From NCBI GenBank assembly GCA_964016885.1, contig OZ024741.1, positions 206,894,001 through 206,958,000 of the forward strand: a DNA stretch of 64,000 nt, written 5' to 3'. The notes under the pieces are model-generated. The model saw only the letters and a program-made list of their open reading frames with translations, searched no databases and was not told the origin of the DNA. Both the position numbers and the translations under genes were made by a program. The stretch is from Eledone cirrhosa. Taxonomy: Eukaryota. Position 1 is the stretch's first letter, and every line of letters starts with the position of its first letter. Shown one piece after another: positions 42,130 to 53,101 of the stretch.

Positions 42130-44938
42130 TTATATATATATATTTATTTATATATATATATGTATATATATATATTTATACATATATATGTCTGCCTGTG
42201 TGTGTGCGCGCTCGTATGAAGAGACAGAGATAGAGAAAGAGGGAGTAAAGAATTGTGTGTATAGTGGTGATGGCTTTAATAAGTAGTATTCTGTTTGTAT
42301 TGAGGCGCTGTTCACCAATCACATACACACACACACACTCACAGCTTCACCTCTTCCTCGCATATCTCTATATTTCTTCTCTTTTTCTTTTATTTTTCTC
42401 TCCCTCATCTTCTCGCTTTACACCCTCTCCTCTCTCACACACTGAATGTGTGTCTCTCAACCTCTCAGTAATGAACTCATCAATGTAACATGTGAGTCTG
42501 CACTTGATTACTGTAATTGTTGCTGTCGTTGTTGTTTAACCCTTCTTTCAGTCAATAAACAAAACTATGATCACACATGTTCCAGAAATATCCAGCCCCT
42601 TCTAAAATCTAGGAAGTTTCTCTATTTAGGGCTATATTATCACGTGCCCCAAGTTTTTAAAACGACATTGTATAATTTATTGGAGATATCACTGCTATAA
42701 CCAGCAAATCCAGTAACCACGTTGGTGATATCTCGTTGACTCGAGATTGTTAGTGTTGCTGCTGTGGCTTTTGTTGTTATTGGTGATGTTTAATATTATG
42801 ACAGCCATGACCACCCTGTCTTTGATTTAGATTGTGCCACCTATTTTTGTTGTTATTTAGCTCCAGGTCAGTCCTATTCTGTATGTTGACAGTCAGCCGA
42901 GCGACTAGGCGTGACCCAAAGATGCCGCTACCCAGTTATATCATATCTCCGCCTAACTGAGAACAATATTGCACACTATGAGATGCAGTGTAGTATGGTA
43001 TAGGCTGCTCTGTGACAATCAAGACATGTACTCTTTCCACTGTCATGTGTCTCTCTTTACCTGTAGGTATTACATACAGTGACGAATTCTAAGGGGTCGA
43101 ATGTAACAGTCTGGACATAGTATCCTCTCTCCGTTGTCCAGTTTTGTCTTTATATCTGCAAATACTTTATATTTCAAGGTGCAATGTTGAATCGTATGGG
43201 GTACGGCGTGATAATCTGGACATAATGCTCTGTCTCCATTGTCCAGCTTATTTCTGTACATCAGTAGATTCTAGCCATGTCCACAGTGGAAGCCAGCCAT
43301 GCAGTCTCGGTCATAGCGTCATTGTTTCTTCCCTGCTCTTATTGTTGATGATGTACATCCCAGCAGGGTATTTACTGAAGACGTGTGGCTTAGTGGTTAG
43401 TGTGTTGAACTTATCCCCATATGGACATGGATTTGATCCAAGGACCGCGCGTTACTTTTCATGATAGTTCCAGGGGCTCTCTCATCAAAGCATTCCAGAA
43501 ACTTCCGGCGATACAACATCATAGGAGGCCCGATCTGAGGGTAAATGTGAGACATTACTATGAGTATGAGTTTCATATTTTTGTCTACGCTGAGTGAGAG
43601 AGGATATTTTTTGGATGAAATAATAGTGTTCTGAGAGGCGACGAGTTAATAGAGTCGTTAGGACAGCGATAGTATGTTTTACCGTATTCGTTCAGGCTTT
43701 CCGTGCTCTGAGTTCAAATCCCGCCGCGGTCACTTTTGCCATTCCTCTTTTTGTGGTCAATAAAAAAGTACCAGTTCAGAGCTGGATTCGATTCTTTCTC
43801 TATCTCTCTTTCTCACTTCCATTCTTTCAATCACTCCTCTTCTCTGAAAGTAATTAGCTTTATTTAGAACTGGAGAGGAGCGGGCGACGCCAGGTTATAA
43901 AAAATGCGTAGGAGACGCCGTCTGTCACTAGGGCGCCCTTACGATTCTAACAGGAGTTATGGGTAAAAGAAAGAATGGTGCTCAGGGGTGTTATATCTAT
44001 GCATGAGTGTTTCGAGGGGGGTTCGTATAGTGACGTGTACTGGGTGGATTGAGTGATCAAGGAGAAGTTCCCTTGTTAGATCAGGTTGTAATTGTTGTTT
44101 AATGTCAAGTCAGCTGTAATTTATACAGATTAGAATATAAAGAGATGCATTGATGACATTCAGATAAATTCATAATTAGAAAATTAAATATTTGAATATG
44201 TACTCTATATGTATTGAGGCCATACTTTCAGGTGTACTTCTCTTGGTAGATAATCTTTTTTCGTAAGCTATAAATAAGATGGATGTGTGCGTATATATGC
44301 GTGAGCATGCGTGTGTGGGTGTTAAGACCCCACCTTATTTAAAACGCCACACTGTCGTTTATGCCCTGTAACAAAGATGTTCGACAATATTTCTCTCTGT
44401 ATCACTCCTAATCGCTCTCTTTTTCTCCCTCTGTCCCTCTCACTCATACATATATGTCTACCTATGAGGCATGATGTAGTTCACAAAAACACTATACAAT
44501 GCAATCCGTAGAAATGATAGCCGTGAGATTAAGTGTATAAAATTTACAGTGATATGGAGAACATATGCATACATAAAATGAAAGAGTACTGGCTGAATGT
44601 TCCAGTCAAAACCCCAACAATATGCAAATATAAAGACATGCATGTAGTGGAAATCAGCATCCCAGGAGATGTCGATATAATTCTAAAGATTAGCGAAAAG
44701 GAGGACATTTATCCTGGACTAATGAGAAATCTGCAAATACTCCACCTTAACTATACTTTTAGATTCATACCTGTGATAAATGAGGTTTTGGGATATGTTA
44801 CTAACTGACTGATGTGTATTTACCTAGTTGATGTCTAAATTTCTATGAAAGAGTCTTGTTTCTATGTTAGAAACTGACTATAGGGGAATATTTATGAAAT
44901 AATAAAATCAGAACATACATATATATCTGTCTATTCAC

Positions 44939-45028
<90 letters not shown>

Positions 45029-45735
45029 GTTTTATAGTTTTCAAAAGTAAAGAGAGATGTGGAAATGTTTAGCACTGTCCACATTCACTAAACCATGACA
45101 TTTCCGTTTTTGGCGTGAAAGTGTCACCAAATTCGAACCTGTTCACATGATCATCGTCAGCTTATTCAAATATACTTTTAACAGATAGCAATTTAAACCA
45201 CTGATAAAACTGAAAGAACCATGAAACTCACGATTTTTGCGCGAAATTACCACAAATTCGATCCTTAATCATGTGATCTTCCTCAACCTGTCAAATTGTA
45301 TGTCAAATATATAACAATCTGAACCATTTTTATTGCATAAAACTGAAAGAAATTCCCAACATCAATTAGATGCGAGTTAGAAATTGTTATAGCCACACAT
45401 CTCTCCATCTCTTTTGACTTTTAAGAATCATGAAACAAGTTATTGTAAATAAACCTTCTTAAAGACTCAAATTGCATTTTCAACTTCTTTTTCCTATATT
45501 TTTTTGCAGTTTAGGATGTATTTAAAAAAAAACCTTACTTTTATATATATATATATAATAATAATATTATTTATAGTTATGTATACACTATATACGACTA
45601 TAAACAGGAAAGGTCAGTAATTTATTACTACCATATTACCAGTAAGAAAAATAGCTCAATGTAAAAACATGAGATGCTTTACAGAGCCGGAATATAAGTT
45701 ACACAATAATCAAAGCTATGTTCAAATCATTTTAT

Positions 45736-45782
45736 TGCTGACAATCGTTTCTTCCAAACTATCGTTTGGAATCATCGGAGCA
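45736..45782 (-). ncRNA. Minimal type I hammerhead ribozyme (CCGAUGA core variant)
   Basis: TGCT-CCGATGA-TTCCAAAC(GATA)GTTTGGAA-GAAA-CGATTG-UC-AGCA; perfect 8-bp stem II. Confidence 0.8.
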
Positions 45783-46685
45783 GTAGCAATGTTTGTCCAT
45801 ATAATTAACCTCCTATTCAAATGAACAATCATATAGATACATGGATATTAATGTTGTCAACAACAGTTTCGTATTTACAGAGCGGAATGGATGCGACATA
45901 GATTTCAAGAGAATTGTACAATAATTAAAATTAAAAGTTAAAAGTTAAAAGTCACAAAGTGGAATGCATGCGACAGAGATTAGTATAACAATTATAGACA
46001 TTAATGTAGAAAGTTACTCGTGAAACTAGGACACTAGCAGTACATATGCAAGCGAATAGAGAGTGCAAATGCAATAGGCATATACAGGAAGGAAACAAGT
46101 AATGGTACAAGGCATATATAATTTCTGCGAGGCAAAGGTATCACATAAAACAACATATATATATACATATATATATATACATATACACACACATACACAT
46201 ATATATATATATACACATATATATATACATACACATATATATATATATATTATTACATATACACACATATATATATACACACACATATATATATATACAC
46301 GTATACATATACACACAGGCACCCAATATTTGAACTGGTTTATACAATTCTCTCTGCCTTTGTCACTCTAAGTAGAGCTTTACAGAATTAGCTTTTAAAG
46401 AATTTCCCTTTTCTTTAAATCCATCAACCATGACTGACCCCCAACCATCTTATAGACACCTGAAATATAGGCACTGTTAGCTTAAGAGAAACATAAAAAT
46501 AAGGAGTGGCACCCCAATTTGAACTTGTTTATAGAATTCTTTCTCTAAATATAAATTATAGCTTTAAATAATTAGCTTTTAATGAATTCCCTTTTCTTTC
46601 AACCAATGACCTCCACCCATCCCACTCCCCACCCTCTCCTACCACCAGAAAATATATAAATACCACCACATTTATTTGGACAGTC

Positions 46686-46736
46686 AGATTCCTGATGATT
46701 TCTCAAGAATGAAACAGTTCTAGTCCTGTAGAATCT
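46686..46736 (+). ncRNA. Type I hammerhead ribozyme (family D)
   Basis: AGATTC-CUGAUGA-TTTC(TCAA)GAAT-GAAA-CAG(TTCTAGTC)CTG-UA-GAATCT; stem I covaries with the 39268 copy; element ends in (TA)n at 46822. Confidence 0.85.
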
Positions 46737-46837
46737 CATATATTAAAACTTTTATACTCTGGTATGTATTGAGTACCTTACTTACTGTGGTTACCTCCGA
46801 GTCAACCCAGAATAACTTACCTATATATATATATATT

Positions 46838-49410
46838 GGTCGTTTGGGAAGCCTCAATAATGCAGATGGGTAAATCTCCGGGTAACAGAATCCGGTGGTG
46901 AAGAGAGAGATGTAAGAGGAAATGTCGAATGAGATGTATTGTGGGAGTGGGATGGTGCTAGCTGTCAATCCATTGTACTACCTATATTCAGTCTTTGTTA
47001 CTGGCAGTGTAGAAGTATGTCTGGTCGCTTATTGGTCGGTGGATTGTGGGGGCGCTATACACACAATAACAATCGTTCGAATGCCACTGTGTGTGTGCGT
47101 GTGCGTGTTTGTTTACACCAGCCACCTCGTCTCGCTTCTCTCGGATCGGTTATTTATTTGTGGTCCTAGGCGTTTGATCCTAAGTGCTTCTTTGATTGGT
47201 AACGTGCCGACGTTGCGTTCTGTCGCTAGCACTGTGACAATGGGCCTTCCGTTTTGTTTCCGTATTTGGTTATATGTTTCCGGAAAGACGAGGCCCTGGT
47301 TTTGATGTGCTCCTTGATCCGGATATGTAACGGCCGGATTATGCTACCAAAATAGTAGTGATTGCACCTGTCACATTCTACCCTGTATACAACGTATGTG
47401 CGTAAGCAACAGTTCGTTTGGCGCATCGGACAGTTTCTGAGGGAACACGCGTCAGTCGATTTCCCGGGTTTCCTGGAGGGGCATCTCCGTAGCGGGTTTC
47501 CTGGAGAGGCATCTCTGTAGCGACAGAACGCAATGTCGGCACGTTACGAATCAAGGAAGCACTTTGGATCAAACGCCTAGGACCACAAATAAATAACCGA
47601 TCGGAGAGAACGAGACGAGGTGGCTGGTTTAAACAAACGAGACAACAGAACAGGCACACACACGCACAGTGGCATTCGAACGATTGTTATTGTGTGTATA
47701 GCGCCCCCACCATCCACCGACCAACAAGCGACCAGACAGACTTCTACACTGCCAGTAACAAAGACTGAATATTAGTTGTACAATGGATTGACAGCTAACA
47801 CCATCCCACTCCCACAATAAAGAGGAGCTGCTTCGACCTTTGCTTGACCGCACCTATTCCGCTCGCACGCGCGCTCTACAGAATATCTCAGTTACACACA
47901 AACGGTGGACAACAGAGGCCACGTACCCTTCCTCTTCGACAGATAACTTTCCCCCTCGGAAAACCCCCCAGTTGATGGATGCGAAATCCGAAATATAGGG
48001 ACAATTAAATCTCACCCAAGGTAACTCTATCTCGTGTTATTATTTTTATTTTTCGCTCTTTCCTACGTTCCTCTACACACTATACATCTCATTCTACATT
48101 TCCTCTTACATCTCTCTCTTCACCACCGGATTCTGTTACCCGGAGATTTACCCATCTGCATTATTGAGGCTTCCAAAACGAACAAATGTTTTATTATTCC
48201 ACAATGCTTAAAGCAAACTTCAATACTCTCTTTTCCTTACACCTGAGCCAGGAATTGTTTGCATCCGCAAGGGAACTCTTTAGACTGTCGGAGAAATGGA
48301 CCAATTTTGGCTGTCAAATTATTTTCCTAAAACGCTGTCTAAAAAACGATGTCATCCCACCACCATCAGGCACATCCGCTTACCAGGATGCCTACGTACA
48401 CCAGCTTTTCAAAACACCGCTATCCGCATACTCCGCTCGTGTATGTGACATCTCAACCGCCAATTACACATATATAAATGGACATTCTCAGAGAGGACAC
48501 ATCGATTAACAGTAACACCCGGTGACTTGCTTCTTAAAATCACAAAAGCAATCGACCAGTGCTACCACTCCAGAATCCAACACGATAATAAAAACGGCTC
48601 AAGCGGAAATATGAGTGGATCTTGCTTAAACACCACAACGAAAACACCGATACTAACAAACAAACCAGAACCACGTGATAGACAACAACATTACAACCGC
48701 CGCCGCTACATCCACTAACAGCGAGCCACATCTCAACGATGTGACGCACCTGATCAACGACATAACCGGGACCCTCACGAACGACGAGCTGGAACTCCTA
48801 TGCCTCGGACCCAAATTCATCGTCTCACAGCGGTTCGACGACAGACTTAAACTCGACATCGAAGCCAACTTCTGCCGAGCCGCTTACCAACTTAAATGGG
48901 TGACCGCCATCTACAGCGCCACGTAAAATAACACCACCCACACAACCCGCCCCAAGTTCCCCGCTTACCACCACGACAACCCAATACAACGAACTCGACA
49001 CTAAACTCCTCAAGGTTAAAACACTCCATCTCTGATATCCAACACAAACACATATGCACAACACACAACCTCACTAAATCTCAAATCCCCACTCCCTCCA
49101 GCCTGAAATCGAGGAACCTCATCTACCTCCCTTCCAACAAGGGAAAGGAATTTTGCGTCATCAGCAGAGAGACCTACAACACCGTGGCCCTCCAACACCG
49201 TGACGATGACAACCTCTACTCCAAAGTCACAGGAATCTCTCCCGCGCAGATCGAGGATCACATCAACGCCGCCTGGACCAACATCTGTGACCGGCGGAAG
49301 CTATCGAAGAAACTCAGATACAACCCCCTCACAAAGAAAAGCAGACTACCCGCCTTTTACCACCCTGTGAAAACACACAAGCAGGGACCCGACCTGAAGA
49401 TCAGACCTTC
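46838..49410. mobile_element. Penelope-like element: inverted 3' end (minus, with GIY-YIG piece), pseudo-LTR and ORF N-terminal half (plus)
   Basis: VVYRVEC..C...YFG...R.L..RIKEH (47226-47426 minus); IRs 46939-47227/47518-47818 and 46838-46926/48096-48182; FLKRC..VIP, LGPKF, PSNKG, P.FY..VKTHK..IRP from 48186. Confidence 0.88.
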
Positions 49411-50907
49411 GGGAAATGCCTATCCGGGAAATGCCTCTCTAGTAACATTTTTCTACAAATGTAAGGTTGAAACACCCACGTCCCGTAGGGCCTACATAGG
49501 GTTAACCGCCAATAGATTCAAGCAGCGTCTTTACATGCATACCCATTCTTTTCGTTAGCCTCTAAGAAGGAATATGACGTCACTTTCAGCTTATATCTGG
49601 AGTCTAAAAGACAACCACACCCAATATAAGTTACACTGGGAGATCCTAGTTAGGGCTAGATCGTATAACGGATATAAAAGACCATGTGACCTCTGCGCCG
49701 CTGAGACCCTGGAAATACTCTACGCCCCAGACCACATCTTAAACAAAAAATCTGAGGCAATTTCGGCTTGTAAACATAAATTGCACAAAACTTTCCTGTA
49801 TTATAGCCCCACATTATACCCTAACGGATAGTACGATCTATACGCGGATATTTTACGTCTTGATGTGGTAGCTAAGTATATGTTATGTTTATACTATTAC
49901 TTATTTGCATAGGTATGTATATATTACCTATATGTTTTGTGAAGGTACGTATACTTTCTCGTACGTATATGTGATTGTATATGTTATGGCGTATATTTTA
50001 TATATTCTGCTACATATACTTTTGGTTATGTGTATACGTGAGTTTTGCGTCTGTGTGAGTATGCGGGTTCGTACGTATGTAGGGTGTGTGTATATGTGTA
50101 CTTCGTGTTTTGGTTGACGTACGTCTCCGAACATTTGTGAATTTATATGTAGGTATGTGTGTGCGCTTGTTATATACGTATTTATTTATATACGTTTATT
50201 TAATTATTTGTATACACGCACACACACACACACATATTTATATGTGCGTGTATTTGTATACCTATGGCGGGTGTTTTCGCGTATGCTTGTGTATGTACGT
50301 ATGTGGATGCGTGTATGTATTAATTTCAATTACCTCTGTATTTTCTTTACTTTATTCTTAACTCTGAAGCGGAGAATCATTCGGTTTCCTAGTTAGGATT
50401 TTAGTCAACGACTTCAGTTACACCATTTACGTGGTTTTGTCTTTGCGTGCAATTGTTCTCCACGCTCCGCATATGACGTATTATCTTCGTTTTTCCGTTC
50501 ATTGCCAGAGAACGTCTCTATGAACCACTTAAGAGAATATTAGTCTACGACTTCTTTTATACCATAAACGTGGTTCTGTCTTTGTGTGTAATTGTTTTTC
50601 ACCGCTCCAATTAATGACATATTATATCCGTTTTTCCCGTTTTTGCCAGGGAACGTTTCCACGAACCAAAGTATCGTCTTCCCGTCTTCCTCCGGTTACA
50701 ACATTTTTTGAAATATCCACTTCTACGTTTACAGATTGACTTTGTTAGTTTCAGAAGATCCCGTTAAGGGTGAAAGCAGCGATTCTTTGCTTAAACTTTA
50801 ATCTGTTATCTTAAAAAATATTTGCTCTACGGTTCTTATATATTTGATATATATTTATCCTTATCGAGCCCTCTTTGGATTTTAGTCTTCAAATTTATTA
50901 TTATTAC

Positions 50908-50911
<4 letters not shown>
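49411..50911 (+). mobile_element. Neptune-like PLE 3' part: GIY-YIG endonuclease plus 3' UTR (source of family B), ending in (TA)n
   Basis: YKC..AYIGLT..FKQR..H..SF; TSLS.YIW.LK; CDLC..E..I; LNKKSE....CKH; variant HHR at 50747-50797. Confidence 0.9.
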
Positions 50912-50969
<58 letters not shown>

Positions 50970-51023
50970 GTGAGGTTTTTTTTACAAAATTAAAAAAAAC
51001 GAGATGTCCTACACGAGTGAAAG

Positions 51024-51111
51024 TATAAGGAAAACAGATGAAATCGATAATGCAACTGGAGTCTTTAAAAAAAAAAAGACTCCAGCTGCATTTTCGATTT
51101 CAACTTTTTTC

Positions 51112-51116
<5 letters not shown>
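51024..51116. repeat. Hairpin (about 42-bp arms, oligo-A loop) between TA tracts
   Basis: TGAAATCGATAATGCAACTGGAGTCTTT / AAAGACTCCAGCTGCATTTTCGATTTCA. Confidence 0.8.
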
Positions 51117-51145
<29 letters not shown>

Positions 51146-51149
<4 letters not shown>

Positions 51150-53101
51150 TATAGACATAGAATATTCGAAAATATTCTGTATGTTTATAATAAACATTTT
51201 GAAGACCTAATCGCTATAGAATAGAATACGTCACGTATTACAATTAGATTCTCGATAAAAGCAAGGGAAGTAAATCTACGCGTTTCATTCTTATTAGAAA
51301 TCGTCAGGACTACATATCCAGTGCTTTCATCGAGAATGACACAGCTAGAGACTTATAGAATACTTAGCTGTGTACAGGAACTGGTTTGAAAGAGCGGTTG
51401 CCGGTCCGGCAGAAATTAGAAATTGGAATAAATGCTCTGAAATAGCGATATATATGTGAATATAGACATAGAATATTCGAAAATATTCTGTATGTTTATA
51501 ATAAACATTTTGAAGACCTAATCGCTATAGAATAGAATACGTCACGTATTACAATTAGATTCTCGATAAAAGCAAGGGAAGTAAATCTACGCGTTTCATT
51601 CTTATTAGAAATCGTCAGGACTACATATCCAGTGCTTTCATCGAGAATGACACAGCTAGAGACTTATAGAATACTTAGCTGTGTACAGGAACTGGTTTGA
51701 AAGAGCGGTTGCCGGTCCGGCAGAAATTAGAAATTGGAATAAATGCTCTGAAATAGCGATATATATGTGAATATAGACATAGAATATTCGAAAATATTCT
51801 GTATGTTTATAATAAACATTTTGAAGACCTAATCGCTATAGAATAGAATACGTCACGTATTACAATTAGATTCTCGATAAAAGCAAGGGAAGTAAATCTA
51901 CGCGTTTCATTCTTATTAGAAATCGTCAGGACTACATATCCAGTGCTTTCATCGAGAATGACACAGCTAGAGACTTATAGAATACTTAGCTGTGTACAGG
52001 AACTGGTTTGAAAGAGCGGTTGCCGGTCCGGCAGAAATTAGAAATTGGAATAAATGCTCTGAAATAGCGATATATATGTGAATATAGACATAGAATATTC
52101 GAAAATATTCTGTATGTTTATAATAAACATTTTGAAGACCTAATCGCTATAGAATAGAATACGTCACGTATTACAATTAGATTCTCGATAAAAGCAAGGG
52201 AAGTAAATCTACGCGTTTCATTCTTATTAGAAATCGTCAGGACTACATATCCAGTGCTTTCATCGAGAATGACACAGCTAGAGACTTATAGAATACTTAG
52301 CTGTGTACAGGAACTGGTTTGAAAGAGCGGTTGCCGGTCCGGCAGAAATTAGAAATTGGAATAAATGCTCTGAAATAGCGATATATATGTGAATATAGAC
52401 ATAGAATATTCGAAAATATTCTGTATGTTTATAATAAACATTTTGAAGACCTAATCGCTATAGAATAGAATACGTCACGTATTACAATTAGATTCTCGAT
52501 AAAAGCAAGGGAAGTAAATCTACGCGTTTCATTCTTATTAGAAATCGTCAGGACTACATATCCAGTGCTTTCATCGAGAATGACACAGCTAGAGACTTAT
52601 AGAATACTTAGCTGTGTACAGGAACTGGTTTGAAAGAGCGGTTGCCGGTCCGGCAGAAATTAGAAATTGGAATAAATGCTCTGAAATAGCGATATATATG
52701 TGAATATAGACATAGAATATTCGAAAATATTCTGTATGTTTATAATAAACATTTTGAAGACCTAATCGCTATAGAATAGAATACGTCACGTATTACAATT
52801 AGATTCTCGATAAAAGCAAGGGAAGTAAATCTACGCGTTTCATTCTTATTAGAAATCGTCAGGACTACATATCCAGTGCTTTCATCGAGAATGACACAGC
52901 TAGAGACTTATAGAATACTTAGCTGTGTACAGGAACTGGTTTGAAAGAGCGGTTGCCGGTCCGGCAGAAATTAGAAATTGGAATAAATGCTCTGAAATAG
53001 CGATATATATGTGAATATAGACATAGAATATTCGAAAATATTCTGTATGTTTATAATAAACATTTTGAAGACCTAATCGCTATAGAATAGAATACGTCAC
53101 G
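51146..53101 (-). repeat. Retrozyme-like array, left arm: 6.3 copies of the 311-bp monomer, 6 HHRs on minus strand
   Basis: Period 311 (GAATATAGAC at 51147, 51458, 51769); TCGTCAG at 51301+311n, n=0-5. Confidence 0.95.

Noticed and set aside
47964-48000. Possible HHR in the PLE pseudo-LTR (TTGATG-GAT..ATCC-GAAA-TATA-GGG)
   Set aside because: Position is suggestive but core and stem I are too degenerate to call
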